Shown: in pieces, positions 46,880 to 55,436 of the stretch
Layout of the letters: every line of letters starts with the position of its first letter
Position numbering within the stretch: position 1 is the stretch's first letter
Assembly (NCBI GenBank): GCA_018675975.1
Contig: JABGXB010000002.1
Coordinates: forward strand, 504,098 to 568,097
DNA from: Candidatus Woesearchaeota archaeon
GTDB lineage: Archaea > Nanobdellota > Nanobdellia > Woesearchaeales > JABGXB01
Length of the DNA: 64,000 nt
Reading direction: 5' to 3'
The notes under the pieces: model-generated
Databases searched by the model: none
What the model saw: only the letters and a program-made list of their open reading frames with translations
What the model was told of the DNA's origin: nothing
Position numbers and translations under genes: made by a program

Positions 46880-48912
46880 TGAAATTTACTATAGGTAAAA
46901 TAATAAATAATTTGGGAGTGGAACAAAAAAATGATTTAAATTTTTTAGATAAATTTTTATTAAAACATTTTGTTTGTTTTGGTGGTTCTGGTTCTGGTAA
47001 AACTTATTTATTAAAAAAATTAATTGAAGAAATAACATTAAAAAAAATCCCAGGTATTATTATTGATACTCAAGGAGATTTTTCTTCTTTAAATATTTTA
47101 AATAAAAATAATTCAAATTCAAATGATTGGAATGATGTTGAAGTAAGAATATTTACTCCATTAAGAAATAATGGTATTGAATTGTCTTTTTCACCTTTTT
47201 TTAAAATTGATTGTGAGTATGATAATTCTGAATTAGTTAATGTTATTTCTAATTGTTCAGATTCATTTACAAATTTATTGGGTTATAATATTTATAGTGA
47301 AGATGGCAAAACTACTTCTGCTTGCCTATATTTAGTTTTTGAATATTTTTATAATAATAAAAAAGAAATAAATTTTGATTCATTGATTGATTTTTTTTCA
47401 AAATCTAATGACTTAAGTTTAAAAATAAATGAGTTTTTGAGTGCTGCTAAATTAGTTCAGTTAATTAAACGTATTAAACTTCTAAATATTGGTAAAAATA
47501 AATTAATTTATGATGGGAAAATAAAATTTGATTTAGATATTTTATTTAAGCGACCAGCTTTAAATATAATTAATATTACTGGAATTGAAAACGAAGATGT
47601 TCGTTTTAATATAATTAATTTAATTATTTCTAATTTATATAATTGGATGATTAAAAATCCTTCAAATAAACTTTCATCTTTTTTAGTTATCGATGAAATT
47701 AGTTCATATATTCCTGCTGGTGTAAAAAAACCATTTACTAAAGATTTATTGCAATTATTATTTAAGCAAGCAAGAAAATATGGTGTTTCTTGTCTTATTG
47801 CAACACAAAATCCAGGTGATATTGATTACAAAGCCTTATCTCAATTTTCAACATGGTCGATTGGTCGATTAAATACAAAACAAGATTTTAAAAAAATTGA
47901 AAGTGCAATTAATTCAGTTAATTCTAATTTTAATTTTTCAACTGAATTACCTTCTTTAAAAACGGGAGAATTTTTATTATATAGTCCTGATGCTTTTGAT
48001 AATTGTGTTTTATTTAAAACAAATGAATTACTTACTGAACATAAAACAATTTCATTGAAAAATATAAAAAATGATGAATTGACTATAAAAAAAATAGAAT
48101 TAGATTTTAATTCTAAAAATAATTTGGATGATGATATAATAAATACAAATAATGGTAATTCAAAAACCGATTCTGAAAATTTAGTTAAGGGATTTCCTAT
48201 TAATGTAGAAGAAAAAGATTTATCTAATTTAATTAAAAAAAATAAAAAAAGATTTCTTATGTTTTTTTCTGAATTGGAACAGGTAGAAAAAATAGAATTG
48301 AAATATTTTCCAATTTATTATTGTTCATTAAAAATAAAAGAATCTAAGTTTTTGGGTTTGAGTCATAGTATAAGTGAATACAATGTTTTTTTTGATGCGG
48401 AAAATTTAAATCCTTTACAATTTAATCATTTTGATTTTGAATCAATTAATGGTTTTAACAATTTTATTAATTTAAATGATGATGAAATTAAAATTTTTAA
48501 AGAGATTTTTTTAAATAAAAAAATAACGCCAGCAGAAATTTCTTTAAAATTAGATTTATCAAATAGAATAATTAGTGATTGTATAAATAATTTAGTTGAA
48601 AATAATATTATTATTAAAAAAAATGATGGAAAATTAAAATTATTTTCTTTAATGGTTGATATTAATATTCCTTTTAAATTAAAAAAATTCTCTGCAATGG
48701 AAGATTATTCTTTTTATAATATGTCAATTAATAAAAAAGAAATAAATAATATTGATAGATTAAAATCCATTTTAAATATTTGGTTTTGTGATTGTACTAT
48801 TCAAAATTCTCAATTAGTTTATATGCCATATTATAATATAATTCTTTCAGATAAAAAAAATACACGTTCATTAAAAATTAATGCGTCTTCTGGTAATATT
48901 ATTAATTTTTAG
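46879..48912 (+). CDS. HerA/FtsK-like ATPase (DUF87) with C-terminal winged helix
   Basis: GGSGSGKT Walker A, LVIDE Walker B, ARKYG, ATQNP; ITPAEISLKL wHTH-like segment. Confidence 0.85.
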   Translation: MKFTIGKIINNLGVEQKNDLNFLDKFLLKHFVCFGGSGSGKTYLLKKLIEEITLKKIPGIIIDTQGDFSSLNILNKNNSNSNDWNDVEVRIFTPLRNNGIELSFSPFFKIDCEYDNSELVNVISNCSDSFTNLLGYNIYSEDGKTTSACLYLVFEYFYNNKKEINFDSLIDFFSKSNDLSLKINEFLSAAKLVQLIKRIKLLNIGKNKLIYDGKIKFDLDILFKRPALNIINITGIENEDVRFNIINLIISNLYNWMIKNPSNKLSSFLVIDEISSYIPAGVKKPFTKDLLQLLFKQARKYGVSCLIATQNPGDIDYKALSQFSTWSIGRLNTKQDFKKIESAINSVNSNFNFSTELPSLKTGEFLLYSPDAFDNCVLFKTNELLTEHKTISLKNIKNDELTIKKIELDFNSKNNLDDDIINTNNGNSKTDSENLVKGFPINVEEKDLSNLIKKNKKRFLMFFSELEQVEKIELKYFPIYYCSLKIKESKFLGLSHSISEYNVFFDAENLNPLQFNHFDFESINGFNNFINLNDDEIKIFKEIFLNKKITPAEISLKLDLSNRIISDCINNLVENNIIIKKNDGKLKLFSLMVDINIPFKLKKFSAMEDYSFYNMSINKKEINNIDRLKSILNIWFCDCTIQNSQLVYMPYYNIILSDKKNTRSLKINASSGNIINF

Positions 48913-49246
48913 ATTGAAAGTTTAATATTGCTTGAGCTATATCTCCTTCGGCGTCCATTAAAAGTTCTTCAGCTTTTTCTTCATTAATATTACATTGCTC
49001 AGAAACAGTTTTTATATCTTCATCAGTAATTTCAATAATTTCTTCGTTTGCTTCAAATCTATTTTCTCCACTAATTTGATAATTTTTTTCACTACCCATT
49101 TCAATTTCTTGGACGCTAGGGTTTTCAAAAATTATCTCCCCTTCATCCATTTTAAAAATTACTTGATTTACTTTTATTTCATCTTGTTTAATGCCCATTT
49201 GTTTCATAGCTTTTGCCATATCTTTTGGATTGAGACCTGGAAACAT
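48902..49246 (-). CDS. nac: Nascent polypeptide-associated complex protein
   Basis: MKQMGI, YQISG and UBA-like GDIAQAI motifs. Confidence 0.93.
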   Translation of the reverse strand: MFPGLNPKDMAKAMKQMGIKQDEIKVNQVIFKMDEGEIIFENPSVQEIEMGSEKNYQISGENRFEANEEIIEITDEDIKTVSEQCNINEEKAEELLMDAEGDIAQAILNFQSKN

Positions 49247-49247
49247 T

Positions 49248-49421
49248 TTATAGACCTAATATGTTGATTCCATAATTGTATAATAGAAATTGAAAAATAA
49301 TAACTAATACTATAACAACAATAACTGCTTTAGGGTCAATAATAATTTTACTAGAAATTTCTTTACCAAAATTTACTAATCCGCCACCTGTGGGCATACT
49401 AAACCCTTTATTTTTTACCAT
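49248..49421 (-). CDS. secG: Preprotein translocase subunit Sec61beta (not in ORF track)
   Basis: Manual translation MVKNKGFSMPTGGGLVNF...IDPKAVIV followed by a TM helix; 57 aa. Confidence 0.85.
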   Translation of the reverse strand: MVKNKGFSMPTGGGLVNFGKEISSKIIIDPKAVIVVIVLVIIFQFLLYNYGINILGL

Positions 49422-49556
49422 ATTTTTTATTTTTTATTTTTCTTTATAAATTTATCTTGAAGATTTGAATATTTTATTTTTATTTTATAAAACGATAACT
49501 TTAAAAGTTGATTATATGTACTCTCATTATTTATATCAATATTATAGGTGATTTTA

Positions 49557-49787
49557 ATGGAAATGACAAAACCGTTTGACACTCTAAATGCTTCAAAAGG
49601 CAAAAGAGTTGTAATTGAATTAACAAAAGAAAAAAGAAGATTAATAGGCACATTAAAGGCTTTTGATCAACATATTAATGTTGTTTTAGAAGAGACTGAG
49701 GAATATTTGGATGGAGAATTAAAAAGTAAATTAGGTTCCGTTTTTTTAAGAGGAGCTGCAATTTTATATATTTCTCCTGCTAATTAA
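49557..49787 (+). CDS. Sm-like archaeal protein (SmAP/Lsm)
   Basis: [14 protein letters not shown] and FLRG motifs; SD GGTGA; upstream of L37e. Confidence 0.93.
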   Translation: MEMTKPFDTLNASKGKRVVIELTKEKRRLIGTLKAFDQHINVVLEETEEYLDGELKSKLGSVFLRGAAILYISPAN

Positions 49788-49792
49788 TAAAA

Positions 49793-49963
49793 ATGAAAGG
49801 AACACCATCAAAAGGTAAAGGAGCAAGAAGTTTAAGTCATACTTACTGTAGACGTTGTGGTAGTAGATCATATCATATTAGAACTAGTATTTGTTCAAGT
49901 TGTGGTTATGGGAATTCAACTAGATTTAGACCATCTCAATCAAGAAAAGTTAAACAAAAATAA
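49793..49963 (+). CDS. rpl37e: 50S ribosomal protein eL37 (not in ORF track)
   Basis: Manual translation MKGTPSKGK...HTYCRRCG...CSSCGYG; 56 aa. Confidence 0.95.
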   Translation: MKGTPSKGKGARSLSHTYCRRCGSRSYHIRTSICSSCGYGNSTRFRPSQSRKVKQK

Positions 49964-49978
49964 TTCTACTGACTTTAT

Positions 49979-50061
49979 GGCGGGTTGCCGGAGTGGTCAA
50001 ACGGGGTGGATTTAGGCTCCGCTGGCTTATGCCTACGCGTGTTCGAATCACGTACTCGCCA
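49979..50061 (+). tRNA. tRNA-Leu(TAG)
   Basis: GGCGGGT/ACTCGCC acceptor; GTGGA-TTTAGGC-TCCGC anticodon arm; variable arm; TTCGAAT T-loop. Confidence 0.93.
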
Positions 50062-50081
50062 TTTTTTATATATATGTTAAA

Positions 50082-50783
50082 ATGAAATTAATAAAATATT
50101 TAATTCAATGTGGTATTGGTTCAAGAAGAAAATGTATTTCTTATGTTGATGAAAAAAAAATAAAAATCAATAATGAAATTGCAGAATCTATTTTTCAAGA
50201 AATTACACAAACTGACAAAGTAAAATTCAATGATAAACTACTAAAATCTGAAACCTTTGACTATTATGTTTTAAATAAACCAAAAAATTATATTTGTTCT
50301 AATGATGATAAATTTTACAACAAATTAGTTATTAATTTACTTCCAAAAAATAAACGATTATTTACTGTTGGTAGGTTAGATAAAAATACTACTGGTTTAA
50401 TACTAATTACTAATGATGGAAATTTTGCAAATGATATTTTACATCCGTCTAAAAAAGTAATTAAATCATATGAAGTTATTATTGAGGGTAAATTAAATTT
50501 TAATGAAATTAAATTTTTTAAAAATCATGTTAAACACATTGGTAAAATTTGGTTTCAAGTTGAAGACTTAATTTTTTCAGACAATCATACAAAACTAATT
50601 TTTAAAATTATTGAGGGTAAAAAACATATTGTTAAGAATTTTTTTACATATAATGGTGTTAAAATATTAGATTTAAAAAGAATGTCAATTGGTAATTTAA
50701 ATCTAAATGAATTACAAATTAATGATGGTGAATATAAAAAAACCACTAAAACCTATTTACTTGATAGTATTTTTAAAAATTAA
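50082..50783 (+). CDS. RsuA/RluB-family rRNA pseudouridine synthase (S4 + catalytic domain)
   Basis: GIGSRR S4 domain; LNKP, VGRLDKNTTGLILITNDG and EGK motifs. Confidence 0.92.
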   Translation: MKLIKYLIQCGIGSRRKCISYVDEKKIKINNEIAESIFQEITQTDKVKFNDKLLKSETFDYYVLNKPKNYICSNDDKFYNKLVINLLPKNKRLFTVGRLDKNTTGLILITNDGNFANDILHPSKKVIKSYEVIIEGKLNFNEIKFFKNHVKHIGKIWFQVEDLIFSDNHTKLIFKIIEGKKHIVKNFFTYNGVKILDLKRMSIGNLNLNELQINDGEYKKTTKTYLLDSIFKN

Positions 50784-51051
50784 TTATTATTGATATTTGT
50801 AGTTTTTTATGCGTATTAAACTTTTTTTTGTATTTTTTGTTTTCAAATTAACTTGTTGTGTATTTTTTAATACACTATTATTTTTTTAATCTATTAAAAT
50901 TAATTTGTTGTTGTTATTATTGAGTGAATTTAATCTATTCTCTTGAATTTACTGTTTATTGTCTGTATATTTGGATATTAGATATTTTTGTTCTAAAAAC
51001 GTCAGTAACTTTTATAAACCGAATATTAATATTAGCATTTACAAGAAAGAT

Positions 51052-51114
51052 AAACTATTGAAAAGGGATGTATTTTAATATATTGTTTTATGCAAGGTAT
51101 TTCCTCGATAGTTT
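51052..51114 (+). promoter_or_regulatory. Long hairpin in the S-layer mRNA 5' leader
   Basis: AAACTATTGA pairs with TCGATAGTTT; located between the TTTATAAA box (about 51011) and SD GGAGGTG. Confidence 0.5.
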
Positions 51115-51136
51115 TTGCACGGAGGTGTATTAATTA

Positions 51137-53980
51137 ATGAAAAACGTAATGACAAAAATTAAGAAATTTGCAACTGCGGGTGCGTCCATTGCTCTATTAG
51201 GAACGTCAATGGTTAGCGGAGCAGCTGCTGCGAGTTTTGCAGATTATCCTGCACCATTTGTAAAAGATGGAAAATATGATGCAAATGCATTCATTGTTAT
51301 GGGTGCAAATGCGGCAACTATGGATGTTATCGGTGCATTAGATGTAGCGGCTTCCTTACAGGCTGTTTCAGTTGTTGAATCTACAGTACAAGTTTCAAGT
51401 ACATGTGGTGGAGTAACTGGATTAAGTGTATTAGGGGATGCAGCAAAATTTGAAGTATCAAATGACATTTTAGCTTATGGTGAAAGTATAGGCGATGTTC
51501 GATCACAATTTATTGGTAAAATTGGTGGAGTTGGTGATTTATTAGCATTTTCAAACGCTGGTAAAGGTCCTAATGAAGTTAATGGTAATCAATATAGTGA
51601 GTATTTATATTTTGAAGATAAAGAATCAGGTACAGATACATTAGCAAGCACTTCAGTAAGTTTTACTAAAGCAGACGGAGATGACTTCTTTGCACATAAT
51701 GATGAATCAATTGTAGACTCATATTTAGTTTTTAATAAGGGTGGTACTACTATAAATCAATCATTATTTGAATATGAAATGGACTTTTCATCAGACAATA
51801 ACTGGGAAATTCAATTACCTTCAGATTCTTATACTTATGCAGGAGACTCATTAAGTATTTTAGGTACTGATTTTCATGTAGTTAGAGGTGCATTAGATTC
51901 AACTGATACACAATTAACATTAGAATTCTTAGGTACTTTACCTGATGAAGGTTCAATGGTAATTTATGAAACTGATCCTATTGAAGCAGCGGCTTTTGCA
52001 ACTGAATTAGATTTACCTAATAACAGAGTAACAGAACCATTTATGGTTGGTATTTACAATGTTGTAGTTGAATTAAGAGCAGCGACTGCTGGTGCAGATG
52101 CAAGATTTAATGTAAGATACACTAATACTGTTACTGGTGAAGAAAAATATGAAAGCAATATAAAAGTAATAGAAGAAGGTGCAGTTGAAGAAGTTGGTGA
52201 CGAAGAAGAATTATTCATGTATGTTGAAACTATTAATAGTTTAGGAGACAATACTGACGAAATTCACTTTTTAATCGGTTCAGACCATATAAAATTAGTT
52301 GATAACTTTACAGATGATACTTTTGTAGCAGATGTAACTGTTGACGGTGAAAAATTAAATAATGGTTTTGTTAGAATGAAAGGTTCATATGACAGTTCAG
52401 CTGAAGAACTTGCTTTAAGAACAATTGAATATAGATTAAACGATTTAGATGAGGATGTATACGTTCCTTCAGGACATGGTTTAAGAGAATATTTAAGTGA
52501 TGACTGTGATATTGAATCATTAACTTGTGAAAGTGACTCAGATTACCAATACTTTAATGGTATGCTTGGACAAAACTGGGATATTAAATTCTTAGGAATG
52601 ACTGATGCAGCTAGATCAAATATAACATTATCAGGTTCTAGTGGTAATTTAGATTTGAGTATTGTTGAACAAGGTTCAGGTGGAAAGGCTAGTAAATTAC
52701 AAATTATCAATTATGATAAAAATGAACCAATGGCTTGGAGAACTGACGATGGAGATATAGGAACAAGATATGATGGTGATTTTGAAGCATTTATATTTAC
52801 TGAAGGTTGGTATAATACAACAAATGGAAATATAACTAATTCAAATGGAACAACTCCTTGTACTGGTGCAAACCATGAAACTTGTCAATTAATTTATGAT
52901 GAGGATGTATTTGTAGTATCACATAAAGCAACTAGAGATGATGATGTAAGAAGTCATATTTTAGAATATTCTAGTATTGATACAAACAATAACAAAATTA
53001 AGTTTAATTCAGTTGCACAAGGTGTTGGTGATATAGAAAGATCATATGCTTTAGTTGCTGGTAATGACAATGTACTTGGTGAAGCTAAATTAAATGCTCG
53101 TGGTGATGAATATCAATTCTATGTTTTAGATAATGAAACATTAAATTATCCTATTGTTGTTGATTTAAACAAAGATGGTGTTATTGATAATAGTGTATCA
53201 CTTCTTGCAAACGAATTTGGTGTAGTAATGGAATTTGAAAAACAAGCAACGCCTCCATATCTTACAGCATCGTCAGATTCAGAAACAGTTAACTTTAATT
53301 TAAGTTATGTTGATGATATGTTTGAAGATAGAAGTAGTGATCTATTAGTTCAAATCCCAATTACTTTGGTAAACTCATCAGCTGAAACTATGAGTGTTGG
53401 AACTGTTACTGATAATGATGGTAGTGGTACTAATATATTACAAACACAAAAAAATGCTGAAGATACGCAATTTGGTGCAGATATATATGGTACTACATTT
53501 ATGGCTGTTGAATCCGGTGACGGTGACGATGAAACTATAACTATGAGCACACCTTCAACTCAATTATCAGCACAAGTATTTGTTGTATTTGGTGATAGTG
53601 AAGTTTCTAGTGGTGGATCAAGTGGATCTGGTGAAGCTGTAACTCAATCTGTTAACAGAGCAAGATTAGGTATGGGTGTACTTGATAGTGAAGCAAGTAG
53701 ATATGTTGATGCAGACGGTTCATTTAGCAAAAATATGATTGTTATTGGTGGACCTTGTGCAAACAGTGTAGCTGCTGCATTAGAAGGTAAATCTGCTGAC
53801 GCTTGTGGAGAAGGTTATGAACCAGGACAAAGTTTCTTGAAAATGGTTGAGAGTGGAGAAAATGTAGCTGTATTAGCATTTGGTTATGACGCTGCAGGAA
53901 CTTTAAAAGCAACTGATAAACTTTCAGGACTGGCTTCATCCGATAATGCAAACTTAGGAACTGAAGTACCTTTGAACTAA
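51137..53980 (+). CDS. S-layer protein
   Basis: Signal peptide; ADYPAPFV and IVMGANAATMDVIGA N-domain; VIGGPCAN C-domain; acidic; strong SD. Confidence 0.9.
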   Translation: MKNVMTKIKKFATAGASIALLGTSMVSGAAAASFADYPAPFVKDGKYDANAFIVMGANAATMDVIGALDVAASLQAVSVVESTVQVSSTCGGVTGLSVLGDAAKFEVSNDILAYGESIGDVRSQFIGKIGGVGDLLAFSNAGKGPNEVNGNQYSEYLYFEDKESGTDTLASTSVSFTKADGDDFFAHNDESIVDSYLVFNKGGTTINQSLFEYEMDFSSDNNWEIQLPSDSYTYAGDSLSILGTDFHVVRGALDSTDTQLTLEFLGTLPDEGSMVIYETDPIEAAAFATELDLPNNRVTEPFMVGIYNVVVELRAATAGADARFNVRYTNTVTGEEKYESNIKVIEEGAVEEVGDEEELFMYVETINSLGDNTDEIHFLIGSDHIKLVDNFTDDTFVADVTVDGEKLNNGFVRMKGSYDSSAEELALRTIEYRLNDLDEDVYVPSGHGLREYLSDDCDIESLTCESDSDYQYFNGMLGQNWDIKFLGMTDAARSNITLSGSSGNLDLSIVEQGSGGKASKLQIINYDKNEPMAWRTDDGDIGTRYDGDFEAFIFTEGWYNTTNGNITNSNGTTPCTGANHETCQLIYDEDVFVVSHKATRDDDVRSHILEYSSIDTNNNKIKFNSVAQGVGDIERSYALVAGNDNVLGEAKLNARGDEYQFYVLDNETLNYPIVVDLNKDGVIDNSVSLLANEFGVVMEFEKQATPPYLTASSDSETVNFNLSYVDDMFEDRSSDLLVQIPITLVNSSAETMSVGTVTDNDGSGTNILQTQKNAEDTQFGADIYGTTFMAVESGDGDDETITMSTPSTQLSAQVFVVFGDSEVSSGGSSGSGEAVTQSVNRARLGMGVLDSEASRYVDADGSFSKNMIVIGGPCANSVAAALEGKSADACGEGYEPGQSFLKMVESGENVAVLAFGYDAAGTLKATDKLSGLASSDNANLGTEVPLN

Positions 53981-54121
53981 ATTAATTAATTTTTTATTTT
54001 TTTTTTACTTTTTTTTAATTATATTATATTTTGATTATATTTCTATTTTTTGACAAATTTGTCACATATTTTGTGTTTTTTATATATTAATGTTTATAAA
54101 TTAATTTTTGTTAAGTTTGTT

Positions 54122-54622
54122 ATGAAAAAAGACTCATTTAAAGTAATATTTACCTTTCTAAGTTTAATTTTATTTTTTAGCTTGGGTTTTATTAGTAGCA
54201 ATATTTTTTTTGATAGTAATAATCAAAATCCATTATCTTTATCTGCTACTATTGAAAAAAATTCTCCATCAAATTGGATTAATGAAGATGATTTAATAAT
54301 TGAAAATGATGGTATAAAAATTAAATTAAATAATTATATAATTGCAAGATTTAGTAATACAAATTCAATGGATCCTTTTTTGGATGAAAATTCAAATGCA
54401 ATTGAAATTAAACCAGAAAATGCGGATCAAATAAATGTGGGAGATATTGTTTCATATAGAGTTAAAGGTGAAGTTAATCCTATAATTCATAGAATAATTG
54501 ACATAGATTATGATGAAAATGGTTATTATTATATTTTAAAAGGAGATAATAATAATTTGCCAGATCCATATAAAGTTAGATTTAATCAAATAGGATATGT
54601 TTTGGTGGGAATTTTATATTAA
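54122..54622 (+). CDS. Signal peptidase I (Sec11-type)
   Basis: SMDP (Ser), GDIV, IIHRI (His) and KGDNN motifs. Confidence 0.85.
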   Translation: MKKDSFKVIFTFLSLILFFSLGFISSNIFFDSNNQNPLSLSATIEKNSPSNWINEDDLIIENDGIKIKLNNYIIARFSNTNSMDPFLDENSNAIEIKPENADQINVGDIVSYRVKGEVNPIIHRIIDIDYDENGYYYILKGDNNNLPDPYKVRFNQIGYVLVGILY

Positions 54623-54671
54623 TATGCTCTGTTGCAATTAATCTTATAAAATTTAATATTTAATTAGCTTT

Positions 54672-55436
54672 ATGAAATCTAAATTTTATTTGTTTTTAGC
54701 TATTATTTTATTATTTGGTGTATTTGTCTCAGCACAAAATAATTTGTTGAATACTACTGTTTATATGCCTTCAGATGAATATTTTAGTGAAAGTAAATCT
54801 GGAACTTATTTAACTTGGAATAAAATTCATTATATTTATTTAAAAAATAATAATTCGGCTAATTTATTATCAAAAAAAATTAATTTTTGTATGGATTTAT
54901 TTTTTAATTCAAATTTAAAATATGAACGGGTGGAAGGGGATTTTTGTAATAGAATTTATTTTTTTAAACCTCAAAAATCTATGGTTTTTTATTATAATTT
55001 TTCATTAATTTATATTATTTTATTAATTGGGATTTATTTTGTTTATAGAAAGTATTATCGTGGTAAAATTATTTTAGAAAAAAAAATTAAATTTCTTGAA
55101 AAGTCATTTCATGGTATAAAAAAAATTAGAGTTGAAATTTTAATATCCAATAAAACTAAAAATAATTTTTCTAATGTTAGAATAAGTGATTTAATTCCAA
55201 ATATTTTAGATATTTCTGAAAGTGGTTTAGGTACTATTAAACCGGAAATAGTTAATTCTATTTCTGGTAAAGAATTAATATTTGATGTGGGTACTGTTGA
55301 AGTTGGTGAAAGGTTAATGGTTTATTATGATTTAAAAAGTAAAATTGATTTGAGTGAAGACTTTACTTTAGAGGATACATATTTAATATATGATACTTAT
55401 TTTGGTCAAAAAAGAATAAAAATTAACATTTTGTAA
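54672..55436 (+). CDS. Hypothetical membrane protein with C-terminal beta-rich (Ig-like) domain
   Basis: Signal peptide, one TM helix, then a beta-rich region. Confidence 0.65.
   Translation: MKSKFYLFLAIILLFGVFVSAQNNLLNTTVYMPSDEYFSESKSGTYLTWNKIHYIYLKNNNSANLLSKKINFCMDLFFNSNLKYERVEGDFCNRIYFFKPQKSMVFYYNFSLIYIILLIGIYFVYRKYYRGKIILEKKIKFLEKSFHGIKKIRVEILISNKTKNNFSNVRISDLIPNILDISESGLGTIKPEIVNSISGKELIFDVGTVEVGERLMVYYDLKSKIDLSEDFTLEDTYLIYDTYFGQKRIKINIL

Noticed and set aside
50784..51000. T-rich spacer as a possible ncRNA or small gene
   Set aside because: No convincing ORF, stable structure or repeat was visible
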